From assembly GCA_013239625.1 (NCBI GenBank), contig MU056802.1, positions 62,001-126,000 on the forward strand: a stretch of DNA of 64,000 nucleotides, read 5' to 3'. The notes under the pieces are model-generated. The model worked only from the letters and a program-made list of their open reading frames with translations, was not told the DNA's origin and did not search any database. Positions 13,670 through 26,447 of the stretch are shown here, piece by piece; positions within the stretch are counted from its first letter, which is position 1; the number at the start of each line of letters is the position of its first letter. Source of the stretch: Lama guanicoe. Lineage: Eukaryota. Both the position numbers and the translations under genes were made by a program.

Positions 13670-14069
13670 TGGGCCCTGGATGGAGGGCCCACCTCCACTG
13701 TAGTCAACCCCCAGAAAGTGTTTTCAAAGCTTCTGTCCCTCATGGCAGCAGTTTCCTTCCCTTGGTGTCTTCAGTGCTGCCAGAGGCAGCTGCCAACCTC
13801 CACTGGCTCTGGGTGACAAGAAAGCCCTTGGTGTGGCCCAGCAAGTGGGGGTCCTGGCCCCACACTCACACAGGTTCTGGGTCAGCCCTACTCAGGGCCT
13901 CTCTGAGGCCCCCACACTCCCTTGGGCTGCAAGGAAGAACCTGCTTCTAGTCTCAGCACCATAGGAGGCCCCTCATCTTGTTCCTCAGCCAGCAAGTGCC
14001 TAGGTCAATGGGGGACAGGCTGGGGCCCTCCTTCACCTGAGAGCTTGCCCTCGGGGCATGTGACTTATC

Positions 14070-14075
14070 AATAAA
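14070..14075 (+). terminator. SSNA1 polyadenylation signal
   Basis: AATAAA followed by GT-rich sequence. Confidence 0.75.
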
Positions 14076-15400
14076 AGTTGTGTTTGTAAAGACCTGTGCT
14101 GGTTTGCTGCCTGTGTCAGGAGTGTGCCAGACACCCCCAGACCCAGAACCCCTACCTAGCTACAGTGCAGCTCCTGGGAGGGGAGAGGGGCGCCTGGAGT
14201 GGCTTTCCCTGTGACTGGCCTTGCTGGCCTTGAGGACAGAACTAAGGGTGCCCCTAAGCATTTCCTGTGACCCTCATCACCCACTGTCTTTCCCTGCCAG
14301 GGCCACTGGTCCTGTTCCCTGCCATGCCCTGGTGTCCTGCAGGAAGCCTGGCTCAGGGAGAGGCTCTTCCTGGGTTCAAGTCCTCCAACAAGGGCTGCTC
14401 CCCAGCTCTGTGATTCCAGGCTCGACTCTGCGAGACAGCACAGCAGCCTCCCTGGTTGTGCCTGCCTCCCAGGCAGCCTGGGGCTCAGCCCCCCATCCTG
14501 AGTCACTTCTCGGTCCATCTGTCTTGACCTGTTGGCACCCACGGGGTTCCTACCACCATGGTCTGGGCGGTGCAGGAGCTGGGCCAGGCGGATTGGGAAG
14601 TATGTATTGGCTGAGAGGGTCTGGAGAAACCTGGGCCCATCCCTCCCAGGAAAATGTGCTCCCTCCCAAGCCTGGCCAGGTGGCATCTCCCATGGGCCTG
14701 ACTCTCCAAGAGGAAAAGACCTGTATCCAATGCTCAGATTGTAAGCAGCCTGGCTCTGCACAGGCAGCTGAGAACGTCTCCAGACGCAGCCAGCCCAGCC
14801 AGGCACCAGGTCCCTAGCAGGCAGCTCTGTCTTGTCACCTCTCCAAATTCATCAGATTTCCAGGCTAGTACAACCCCAGGGGAGTGGTCTGCCTGCTACA
14901 GCCTTCCCACAGGCTCCTGTGGGCAAGGGAACCTTCTGATCCCGGAGGCAAGATCCCAGAGGCTCTGCCCACCTTCTCGATCCACTCCCAGGCTCTTGGC
15001 CTGCACTCCCATCCCTGTTACCTAGAGCCTAGGCCCCTGTACATGCAGTTCCAGGCCCAACCACAGCTCCACCTGTAGGGGACAAGGGGAGCCCCAGAGC
15101 CTGGGGATGCTCACAGGGCAGGCACAATGAGGTCCCTATTCCGGCCAAGCGGGTGGCTGGGAAGGGAAGCAGGACATCTAGGGCCATGGGGGTGGGGAGA
15201 GCCTGGACTACTGGGGCTGCGAGCTGCCGGGGGCAGGCTCCCCCGGGCACAGAAGTGCAAGCTAGGCTTCCATCACACCGTGTGGGTGGCCTCCTCCCCA
15301 CTGCCAGTGCCTCCATGTTGCCCAGCAGACCCCACTCCTGCTCCCCCTTCTCAACCTGAAGAACATGCAGGGAAGGTGGAGGCAGCCTCATCCAGTGCTG

Positions 15401-15406
15401 TTTATT
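15401..15406 (-). terminator. TPRN polyadenylation signal
   Basis: tttatt on plus, ~450 nt past the TPRN stop. Confidence 0.7.
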
Positions 15407-15852
15407 GAGTCCATCAGCAGAGGCGGGAAGACTTCCCGTTCACCAGAAGCGGAGTGGCTCATGCTGGGGGTGTGGGCTGGGGCCTTGCAGTCCTACAGAG
15501 GACAGGCAGCCGGGTCAGCCCCCCACCCTGGACACACCTGACAGCCACTGGGCACGGTGTCTAGCAGGACCCCATCCCTCCTTCACAGGCAGTGTCCCCA
15601 AACGAGGGTCAGGGAACGAGACCCAGACAGCCCCATAGGAAGAAGCTGTGCCAGGTTCCTAAGGCTCAAGTCCTGACTACTAGCCTGGTTGAGACCTCAG
15701 GAAGAGAGAGTGGGAGCTGGGAAGGCAGGGCCTGGCAGGTCAGGGTGGTGGGGGAGGGCGGGTGCAGAATGAGTGTGGTGCTCTCAGGCACTGCCCAACT
15801 CCCAGGGCCCCACCCCTGGGGCTCAGCCTTGCCCATCCTGGTAGGGCCGGGG

Positions 15853-18800
15853 TCAGAAATAGAGGGCTGGCTCGCTTCGGAAGTCCGAGAGGTCGTTCTG
15901 GCTGGCAGGGGTGAGCTGAAAGAGAAAGGCACAGAGGCAGCCAAAGGGGCTCGTCCAGACTTTAAAGACCCCCCCCTCCACCCCCGCCCTGGGCATCTGC
16001 CTGCCCCGCCCTGCTCACCATGACCTCTTTGGACGGTGGCTCCATCTCACTCGGAGCCACTCCACCCCCGCCCTGGGCTTCTGCCTGCCCCGCCCTGCTC
16101 ACCATGACCTCTTTGGACGGTGGCTCCATCTCACTCGGAGCCTGCTCCAGCGTCTGCTCCTGCCACTTGCTGAAGGCCATGGAGTGTTTTGGAGTGTAGC
16201 TGGACAGGCCTGCAGGCCAAGTGGCACATGGGTGGATGTGTGGATGCGTGGAAATGTGGCCCAGGCTCCCACAGAGCCGCCCATCCCAACAGGTGGGCAC
16301 TCACCTGAGCTGCCGTTTGGTGGCCGAGGGCTCTCAGGCCCTGCGCTGTTCACAAACGAGGCTCGAGGCAGGAAGAGCACGAAGGGCTGCTCCTCAGCCC
16401 CATCTGAGCCGGACCCCTCCTCCTCGTCCTCCTCCTCCTCCTGCTCCTCCTCCTCGCTCTCCTTCTCAGCCTCTCCCTCCTCCTCCTGCAGGGAGCTCTC
16501 TGGGGGATACTCAAATGTGGTCTGTAGACTCTTGTCGTTGAAGGAGATCTTCATCTAGGGGCAGGAGGCACGTCAGCCAAGGCCCTGCTGCCCGGCCCCC
16601 AGGGCTCTTCCAGCCGGACAGAGCCGGGTGCGGTGACCCCGACCCACAAAGCGTGCAGTGGCGGGTGTCAGACCAGAGCAGGAGCAGAACCCACCATCAG
16701 CCCTTCAGAGGTTGTAAGAGGTGGGGGGCTGCCCCTCACCAGAGATGACAGCGTGTGCAGGCCCAGGGCCACCCCTCCCCGTCTCCAACCCCAGGATCAC
16801 ATCACCCTGAGTGGCCCACCCCTCCCAAGGAGCAGACCCCAGCCAACACCAGGAGCCCAAAGCCTTGGGGTTTCCAGAAAGGCCACTCCCAGGATTGGAG
16901 GTCTGCCTTCTCAGGGAAGCAGGGTCCAGGTGAGGCTGCACTTGGGAGCCCCTATCTTTGCGGGAGGCCTATATCTCCAGCGGAGCCCACAGCCTTAAGC
17001 TTCCAGAAGCTTCTCTTGTTGGCAGGGGCTTCTCTCCAGGGCCAAGTTCATATCCCAGCTAGCCGGGCACCTGGACGATCCTGCCCGCCACACGGACCGC
17101 TGCTGCTGGGCAAGGGCCCAGCAGAGTCAGAGCCAGGACCCCAAGGGCCCAGAGAAGTGCTGAAGCCAGGCGGTCACCATGTGCTGTCACCACATTTTAC
17201 AGCCTGAGTCAGAGGAAGCTCGGGGCTGCACCAGTGACCCTTTCCTCCCACCCGAGCTGCCCATGTGGCCCACGTCCACACTGCCCACCCTACAGGCTCC
17301 AGAATTTCATACCCGGGCAAATCCTCCCCTTCTCCGTGGCCTCGGAGCCCAGACTGGGCTGCTGGTTCTGAGGGGCAGTGGGAACAGGCACCGGCAGGGG
17401 GACCACAGGCTCTGAGGGTCAGGATCCTCGCCCTTGGCGCCCCGGGACTGGGCTCCCCACCAGAGCCACTCGCCCCTCGAGGTCTGCTCAGAAGGGCTCA
17501 GCCAGGCCCCGCGGGTCGGTAATGAACATGAGAGCTGCCCGCCTGTAGCAGATGGGAGCAGCCCCGGTGGAGCTCGAAATATTAAACTCCAGGGCACAGG
17601 ACACCGGCAGCCAGCTCAAGTTCCTCCTCTTCCCCTGGAAGGAGCCAGAGGCAGGAGCCAGGCCCTCAGGCAAAGAATCTGGGGGCCCAGGGACAGCAGG
17701 ACGGGCAGGGGCCTTGCAGGAGGGCTGGGCTCGCAGCCCTGGGCGGCAGAAGGGCCCTGGCCCCAGGGGACACACGGCGGGCCGGCCAGGAGCGGGATGC
17801 CCGGCTCCGTAGAGCCAGCATCCAGAAACAAGGGCACACGCTCCTGCCATGCCGCCACACTCTCCCCACAGCCACACGTGTGCACACAGCCCCACACTGC
17901 CGTGGGCACCTCCAGGGCCCACTGCGCTCCTGGACCACCCAGTCTCAGCACAGCTCCCACAAGGACACCAACCGCGCAAGCCGCTAGCACAGCCACAGCT
18001 CCCCTTGACCTGGCCATCTGCACAGATGGGCAGTCAGGGACCTGAGCAGACTGGCAGACCACCACCAAGGTGGGCAAAGCCAGGATTGAGACGTTCGCTC
18101 CTCTCTCTCAAAGGTGTGCTGCCCCTCACCTTGCCCTGCCCTAAAGCGGGCCCTACCCGAACCTCCAGCTGCCGCCACAGGAGGCCAAGCAGGGCAGAGG
18201 CCTGGCATGGGTGATCACCAGAGCTCGCAGCAGCCCACCTGCTGCCAGCCAGCCCAGGGATGGAGTCACCTGGCCCCTAGGACCCTGGACCTCTGGGACG
18301 CAGGGACAGAGACCCCAGGAGGAGCCAAGGCAGGATGGGGCCACTAGCACAGGGATGCCCCCGTGCCCCAAGTCCCCACAGGGAACGGTGCTCCTGGGCA
18401 TGCGGCATTGTCCCTGACGACCTGGAGTCCCCTAGGCCCATCCCCCGCCACTGAAGAGGAGGGTAGGGCCAGCTGCCAGGCCCTAGCTGGATTAACATGC
18501 CCTCATTAGTCCACGTGACCAGCGCCTAGCAGGGAGGCTGAGGGGGCTGGGTGAGGACAGGCACCGAGCCTGGCACAGCCTGGCCAGGCAGGGACAGGGC
18601 AGTGCTCACAGGCCAGTCTGCACCCAGCTGGGGCCCGGGGCCCAGGTCACGTCCCACCTCCCCTTCCATCTCCAGGCTCCTCGAATGAGTCTGCCCGGCC
18701 AGGCTCACAGGTCTCCCTCCTCTGAGTGCAAGTCTGTGGGTCACAGGACATCCCATGACTCATGCTGTGGGCGGGGGGGGGGCCCAGCCTCCAGACCCCA

Positions 18801-21800
18801 GGCAGACAGAATGGGAGGGGGCGTGGCCAGGAGCTGGCACCTGTACACACCTGGTCACTCAGCTCCTAGGGACTTTGCCCGCTGCAAGGTGCAGCCAGCA
18901 GGTGGGTCCTGGCTAGGCCTACTTCCTGCCTCTCACGGGAAGAGCACCCTTTGTTCCCTCACCCCACCCTGCCTATGCACGCCCAGCTTGGGTTACTGAA
19001 GGGCGTCCACCCTGGACTCTGGGCTGGGAGCTGGGCTCCACCAGCCCCAGGCTGGGCTGAACATCCGCCCCACCCTGCACTCCCCAGCCTGCTCCCATCC
19101 CCCACTCAGCCTGAGCTCAGGGGCCCGCGGGACCACCCCAAGCAGTCCCTGCAAAGCTCTCACAGCCACCAGGTGGGATGCCTGGGGTCGAGGGCAGCCC
19201 CCAGCCCAGGGCAGACCCCCGCTGGTGGGGAAGCTGAGTGGCAGAAGTCCCAGGCTGGCTCCGGTGGTCCTGGGGCTCTAGAAAGACCACTGTGGGGTGG
19301 CCTGCAGGAAGAGGCTGGGGAGCGGAGAGGGTGAAAAAGGAGAACAGAGAGGAGATGCAGCTGCACGCAGGAGGGGCCGCAGCATCCCGGGGAAGAGCAG
19401 GTGCGGAGCAGACCCTGAGGGCAGCAGCATGGGCTGAGGGGAGGTCTGAGGACCAGAGTGGTCTGCGTGGGGGTGGCTGTTACACCGCAGGCGAGGATAA
19501 TGGCTCAGTGTTGAGGCTCAAGCCTTGGGGACGTGGCCTGCTTGGGCTCGGCAGAGGACCAGCAGGGAAGAGGGTGAGGAGGGCAGACAGGAGGGGAAGG
19601 AGCTGCCAGACAGGCAGGAGCCCGGCCAGCCGGCACCTCACAGAGGGGAGACGCCCACAGCGCCAGCCCCACAGGAGGCAGGTGTGGAGGGCTGTGGGAC
19701 GGCCCCGCCCACTGGGACAGTGAGGGGCAGGGGCAAGAGGGGGCGCGGCGGCAGTGCCTTGCAGCAGCCAGCTCGGGCATCCAGGTAGGGAGATAGGGCT
19801 GTTGCGATTCTGCCAAGAGATAACTAAGTGGGGATGTGTGCCTGGCTGGCTGGGCGCCCCTACCACCCAGGGCAGGGCGGCAGCCCTCCAAGGCCAGGTG
19901 AGATCACTGCGCCCTCCACTGAGGTGCCATTCTAGGGGCAGGCCCCACCCCTAGAGAGCTGCACCCCACCTGCCCCTGGGAAAAGGCACCAGCGCCTCCC
20001 ACCACTGTCCTGGGTGGCCCCTGAGGTCCTGCTGGCCTCCAGGCCACCACGTCCCTGGAGTGTGGGCCTGGAGGAACAGGATGGCGATCCAAATCACAGG
20101 CTGGCAGGGGTGGTCTGGGTGAGGATGAAGACCCTCAGCCCGAGGCCTAGAGGAGCAGCAGGCGAGTGGGACAACAGGGAATGGGCAGAGCCCAAGGGCA
20201 GCCCAAGGTCACCCTGAATGGCTGGGCAGCCGCACGCCTCCATCGCACCCAACAGGTGTTCAGGCTCTTCCTGGGCAGGGCAGCTGGTGCGTGCCCAGGC
20301 AGAAAATCACCCCTAGCAGCTCACAATGCTCTGGCAGGGCCCTAGCCAGGCCGCCTGGCCATGCCAGGCCTCATCCATCTGGACCCCCGACCACACAGGC
20401 TGGCATGGAGACTGGAGCCCGGCCTGCTTCTTCCTATCATGTCTTCCTGCCCCAACCACCATCAGGACCCTGCCCTGCCCTTTTAACCCCAACTTAGCCA
20501 CAAGTGACCCCCATAGCTCTGACCCCAGCTGGGAAGAGAATGACCAGGCTTAAGGCTGCAGCCCTCCAGTCCCAGAAAGCAGCTGGGCTCACAGGATAAG
20601 GGCAGCCGGGTGAGGACAGGGCCTCGAACAGCTGCACTTGGTTCCTGCCCCCCAAGCTCCATGACCTCCTCCGGACCCCACAGCCTCATCTACAAAGCAG
20701 GGAGCACTATCACCTCCACTGCCCGAGGCCAACGTGGGAAAGGACGGCCTCCCAGAGCATCCACGGTCAAGGGTCAGGAAGCAGAAGGAGGAGCAGGCAA
20801 GGTGGAGAGGACAGTGGGTGGGGCTGGTGACCATGGCTGCTGGCTGACCACAGCACTGCCTAGAGGGTGAGGCAAGGTTAGGCACGCAGGACGGTGGGGG
20901 CGGGGCCACCGGAAGCACTGTGGGCGATGAGCGTGGATGCCCGATGGGGCAGATGGAGCTGGCAGGAGGGCCAAGGCCCTCACCCAAGAAGGGGCAGGTG
21001 ATACAGGGAGAGAGGGAAGGGCCAAGGCCAACTCTGAGGCAGAAAGTCAAAAGGAAGCAGAGGAAGGAGGTGGCACGTGTTAGTAGACAGCGACAGCAGA
21101 ACAGCAGGTAGGGGGCTCTGGTGACACAGGGCACATCACCCCCACTGCTCCAAGGAAACAGGCTGGGGACAAAGTTGGCCTAGGTGTGGGCAGCCACAGG
21201 AGAAGCCGGCCAGGCACCATCTTGGCTCCAGGGGAAGGTGCATCTGCCCAGTGCGCCTGCTGACTGGAGTCATGTGGGGATGGCCTTGGAATCTGCCCCA
21301 GGGCCAGACTGAGGAACTAGCTGCTAGAGTGACTAGGAAGAATCTGAGGAACGCTTCCTCATGCCCAGAGGGTTCCAGGCCACCAGGCAGCCCTGCTGGG
21401 AGAGTGAGGCTCCAAGAGGGCTCCTGGCCCTGCACCTGGGGCTCTCTCTGGCTTAAAGTCTCTCCCCTCAATGAGGCGAGTGTCTTCAGCGCAGCCCAGC
21501 ATCACACCCAGGCTCAGACAGGCCTGGCACACACCAGGAGTGGGATAAACACTTCCAAGAGGCCAGTCCTGCTAAGCTCTGGGCCACTATGCCTCTGGGA
21601 GCTGAGAGCCATTCTGAGCGGCTCCCAGTGCTGTGCCTCTAGGCTGAGAGGGAGGTAGGAATCTGACCCCACCCAAATCAAAGGTCTCCTGCCCCTTTCC
21701 CCTTCCATCCTGGCACCTGCTACTCGTATAGACCAAGACTCCTGAAGAACATGCCAGGCTACCCCCTCAAAGCCACATGAGGGCGGGGCCAACAGCTGGA

Positions 21801-23979
21801 CCAACGACGGGACAGGCCTGCCCAGCCAATTCCAGACAGCGCCTCAGGAACCAACAGGCAGACCTGGCACTGGCTTGACTGACTCTCTCCACCAGCCTCT
21901 CAAGGTACAGAGCAGGCAAGGTGTCCCCATGGGCCCAGGGTCATTAGGGTTCCACTGGAATCCAGACCAGAGATTCCCTGCCAACTCAGCCTCCCCTGGA
22001 GCCTGCATAGCCACCAGCCCCAGCTCCCCTCTGTCCACACAGAGGCTATACCACACCCAGGCTAGGTGTCCTGGAAACAAGGTACATGCTACACTCACAA
22101 CTCTGTGACCCATCACCTCGCCCCCTCCCTGCTGGTGACTCTGCCCCACACTGACCTTCTTTCTTGAGGAGCCAGCCTTGGTGAGGCAGGACTTCTGCAG
22201 GGCCAGGTAGCCGCCAATCACCTCGATCTCGTGCACGGTGGGGTAACGCTTCTTCAGTGCTGTCCCCAGGGCAGCAGGTGGCTCCGAAAGTCTGCCTGGC
22301 CCCTCCTCCTCAGCCTCCCTAGGCCTGGCCTCCCCACTGGCCTGCCGGGCCGCTGGCTTCCTCTTGGGCACCACCGTGAACGTGTTGCTCCCTCGGTGCT
22401 GGAGCAAAGTGGACTGCTCAGGCCTGGTGGGTTGTGGGTGGTACTGGGGAGGCCCACCAGCCCCGGAGCAGGGCAGTTTGGCTTCTTGGGGGAACTCGTC
22501 CTCCGAGTCTACCTCGTCAATGAAGGTGACCGGCAGCCCTGGCCTCCCAGGCTCCCCACCATTCTTGGCCAAGCCGGGAATCCTGAAGCCCTGGGTAGGC
22601 TCAGCTTCAGTGGCGGCCAGTGGGGACAGGGGTGGTGAGGATGGCCTCTGCCACCTAACAGCCGGGTCCACAAGGGCACTGGCTGGCCTGGGGCATCCCC
22701 CTTCCTCAGCCTCCAAGGGGCTCCTCTCACAGACAAATACACCATCCTCTCCAGGCACCTGCTGGGCCTCACGCTCCTGCTGGGAGGCCCAGCCAAGCTC
22801 TCCTTCTGGAGACCCCACAGACTGCCTCCCTTCCCCAGGGTGGGCTCCGGAAGCCTTGCACTTGGGGATGAACACGAAGGAGTTTCGGGAATTCATGCGA
22901 AGGCTGGCCAGGGCCCGGGCCTGGATGTCCCCAGTGGGGATCGTGTCCGCATCTGGCTTGGAGGCCGGCCGTATCTCGAAGGAGTCGTTGGCGCTGGTGG
23001 CGGAGGAGACCCACTGGCGCTGGCTGGGAGTGGCACTGGCAGGGCTGGGCGTGAGCAAGGCCGGGGGCGCGGCTGGAGTGGCACTGGGGGTCCCGGGACT
23101 GGGGGGTGGGTGGGCGGGGGCCTCCTCGGACTCCACCTTTGGCTTCCACTCGCCCGTCCCAGGCGCGGATCCCGCGAGAACGTTGGCAGCGCCGGCCCGG
23201 GACTCCAAGGATGCGGGCCCGTTGGGGAGCGGGCGAGTGCCCGCGCTGCGGTTCAGACCTCGAGGATGAACAGTGAAGGAGTTGCTGCTGGTCTTGTGCA
23301 GGAAGTCGCTGCGCCGGGGCCCGGGGCCAGGACCTGCGACGCGGACCTCGGGCTCCAAGCAGGCGGCGCGCTCGCCCACGCGCGGGACGGCGGGGCCAGG
23401 GGAGGGCGGAGGCGCGGGGCGCCCGGTCTCCGGGCTCCCGCGACGGCGCGGTACCACCGGCGGGTCGAACTTCTGGAGCAGGCGGCTCACGCGGCCGGGA
23501 GGCGGCGGTGCCTCGTACACAAGTACCTCGGCGGCGCGGATGCGGGCGGCCGGGCTGGGGCTCGGATCCGGGCCGGACGCGGGTGCCGGCGCCGGCGGGA
23601 AGCCGGGAGCCGACTCGATGATGAGGATGTTGTCCGCGCGGATGGTGCGCACGCCCGGCACGAGGCGATACAGCTCCAGCAGCTGCTCAGCCGGCCGCAC
23701 CCCCGGCCCCGCCGCGCCCGCGCTGCCGCCGCGCCGCGCCCCTCGCCGCCGCTCCGACTCGAGCCGCATGAACGGGTTCTCGCGCAGCGGGCCCAAGCTC
23801 TCCGCCAGCACCAGCTTCTCGGCGGCAGGCCCCGTGGGCTCCGCCTCGCCAGCTTCGGCGCCCAGCGCCGCGCCTCCACCCAAGGCGGCCAGCTTGGCCC
23901 GCTTCCGCTCCAGGATCTCCCGTTTCCAGGCAGGCATCGCGGTGCGGGACCCCGGGCCTGGCCGCCCCAAACCAGCCAT
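15853..23979 (-). CDS. TPRN: Taperin (phostensin family, PP1-docking KISF motif), 747 aa with proximal exon 3 donor
   Basis: Exons (minus): 22156-23979, 16305-16554, 16103-16209, 15853-15915. Peptides PAWKREILERKRAKL, KKRYPTVHEIEVIGGYLALQKSCL, MKISFN...TTFEYP, acidic tract, C-terminal DFRSEPALYF. Confidence 0.95.
15977..16142. repeat. 84-bp tandem duplication covering the TPRN exon 3 end and its splice donor
   Basis: Copies start at 15977 and 16061 and are near-identical; translation shows APSEMEPPSKEVMVSRAGQA twice. Confidence 0.95.
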
Positions 23980-23999
23980 GCTGCCGAGCGGCTGCCAGA

Positions 24000-24340
24000 G
24001 CCAGCGCGCACCGGGAACTGCGGCCACCGCCCGCCGCCGGCCTTCGCGCCCCGGCCACGCCCCTCTGGCCTCAGCCCATTGGAAGAGGCCCATTCAGACC
24101 CGCCCCGCACCCGGAGGCCCCACCTACGGCAGGGTAGGATGGCCGGCGGTGCTGATTGGAGAGTGCTCCCGACCCCATCTTCCCGCAGACCTCACTGGAC
24201 AGCGCCCGTCGCCGGAGCAGGCCCCCATTGGGGAGGCCCCATTGGACACGCCCCCTACGCCTCACAGCGCTCTTCGGAGGCCCCCACTTCCGCCTCTGCT
24301 CCTTCGGCCCGCCGCTGCCGCGGGGCGGTGCCCGGAGGAG
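24000..24340 (-). promoter_or_regulatory. TPRN CpG-island promoter with several CCAAT and GC boxes
   Basis: Repeated attgg (CCAAT on minus) near 24078, 24155, 24227 and 24241; ccgccc/ggggcgg boxes. Confidence 0.6.
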
Positions 24341-25639
24341 GCGGGCCCTGACCGGCCGGCGGACCTACAACCCTGGACACCTGCTGGCGGGTGCCGTTGA
24401 CCGGGCTCAGTCCTTCCTTTTCGTGCCAGCACTCAGCCCGCCTATTACCCCTCTCCAGAAAGCTAGGTGGAGGAAGGGCCATCCTAGGACCAGAAGGCTG
24501 TCCCGCTCCCGTAGGCAGTGCACCGGCTGCACACACAGGCCTGCCGCCTCCTGGTGTTGGTCCCTCTCGGTCGAGGGACTGCCCACCTGCGGTCCGCGGT
24601 CCTCAGTCCCCTAACGGACTTACGGAGATGCCAAATGCGGGAGCCGTACCCAGCGCTGAGAAATTTCTCAGGAGTCCCTAGCCTTTGCCCAACCCCCAGA
24701 ATCCACTCTTGCTCAGACAAGTGAGCTCTGCCCACACTTTGTCATCCAGGGCCCACCAAACACGGACCGCAGTGCAGAAGCTGTGAGTAGGTACAGAGGA
24801 AGGGCCACAAGCAGGGCCACAGCTCTCCAATGCAGACAGAGCCACAAAAGCCAGGGCGTGTATTGCACCCTGTTTTGCCTTTCCATGTTACTCCTTCTTC
24901 ATCTGTTGAATCGCCCCCATCCCAAGGCCGGCAGGAGTGCCACTGACCCTGAGGGCACAGCTGCTCTGCTCGCTTGCCATAAGGAAGCTTACTTCCCGTG
25001 GAGAGCTGCACAGTGCCCACCACATTCTTTCAGGTTTGTTGGACACAAGGAGAGAAGGGAAATTCTTCGAGCACAGTTGTTACCTGCCCTACAGTCAGCA
25101 ACTGTTCAGCAATGACACTACAGCCTCTCATGCCCCTCCCCTTTCAGGGACTAGGCTCCACGAGCCCATGGGGCTCTGCAGAGCCCAGGGGCTGGTCTCA
25201 ACCTGGCATGCGCTTCTCAGTTGGTGGCTCCCACAGCAGCCTACAGCTACCACTACTTTAACAGCCCTGTCTGTTAAGCTGGAGAAGAGAAACTGGGTTT
25301 CAACCTTTCAAGTGTTCCTTCAGGACTCTCCTCAAATCACCTTTCCAGAGGGAGCTAAGTCCTTCTAATGCTCCTCACGCTATGCCGACAGGATTACCTA
25401 ATTCTGAGCCACCACAATAAAATGAGGGAACGACGAAACACACAACCTAAAAATATTAGAAGGAAACCCACTCCCAATGGTCAGCTTGTATCTGGTTTTG
25501 ACACATTATGCCAATCCTGGGTAGGAGACATTCTCTTAGCAGGGGGACAAACCAGACTAGTCTCCAGCTCAGGCATCTCGGTGGTCTCCATGCCACGCGG
25601 CAACCATCCCAGGAAAAGGGTCACAAAGCTGCTTCGCTA

Positions 25640-26125
25640 GAATTAGGGTCCACAAGCTTGTTCTGTAAAGGGCCAGACAGCAAATATTTTAGCCCAGTGG
25701 TTCTTACCTGGGACGGTCTTCCTCCAGGAGACCTGGCAACATCTGGAGATTTTGGGCTGTCATAAGTGAGGGGTACTACTGGCATCTAGTGAGTGGAGGC
25801 CAGGGATGCCACTAAACCTTCCACAGTGCTCAGGACAGCACCCCTCCTCCCCCTCCCCCAACAAAGAACGATCCAACCTAAAAGGCAGGCAGCGCCGAGA
25901 CTAAGAGGCCCTGTGCACCAGGCCCCAGGTGGCTGTCAGATGACCTTGTGCACCAGGCCCCGAGTCACTGTTAAACAGCGCTGAGACTGAGGCCCTGTGC
26001 ACTGCAGCCCCTGGGTCGCTGTCAGATTCTTCTTTGCTTTTACAAACCTTGGAAAATGTAAACATCTTCGTTAGCTGATGGGCAGTACAAAAACAGGCAC
26101 TTGGCCACAGTTTGCTGACCCCTGC
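25640..26125 (+). mobile_element. hAT DNA-transposon fossils: MER20-like element (~25694-25915) nested in a MER58-like element
   Basis: MER58-like start ctgtaaagggccagacagcaaatattttag and end ggccacagtttgctgacccctg; MER20-like core ggcaacatctggaga...tactggcatctagtgagtggaggccagggatgcc. Confidence 0.7.
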
Positions 26126-26441
26126 TCTGCAGATCAGCAAGGCCCACAAAGACCACACTGCTAAGAACCAAGATTCCAATATCACACAAACTACTTGGCA
26201 GGTTCTCAACACAGGCCTCCCCCGTGTTGTCATCACCCTGGCTCCGCAGGCAGGAAGCCGGGATTCTCTGGGGGAACTGACCCCCATCTGCCCATGAAAC
26301 TCTAGCCAAGTTCCAGCCCTCCTTACAACCTCAGCTCTGTAACCAGCGCCACCACACAGCAGGGGGCATCTCAGCATTCATCGTGTTTCACCCTCAAGAG
26401 GTCAGGCAAACACTACGCATTTCAGCAAAACATTCTCTTAT

Positions 26442-26447
26442 TTTATT
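26442..26447 (-). terminator. Candidate TMEM203 polyadenylation signal
   Basis: tttatt on plus, ~860 nt past the stop. Confidence 0.55.

Noticed and set aside
23980-24093. 38-aa N-terminal extension of TPRN from ATG 24093
   Set aside because: Lies among CCAAT boxes, probably upstream of the TSS; the conserved start is MAGLGRPG at 23979.
22364-24400. Long plus-strand ORFs of 301, 503 and 375 aa
   Set aside because: Antisense shadows of the very GC-rich TPRN exon 1; low-complexity G/A/R/P with no recognisable domain.
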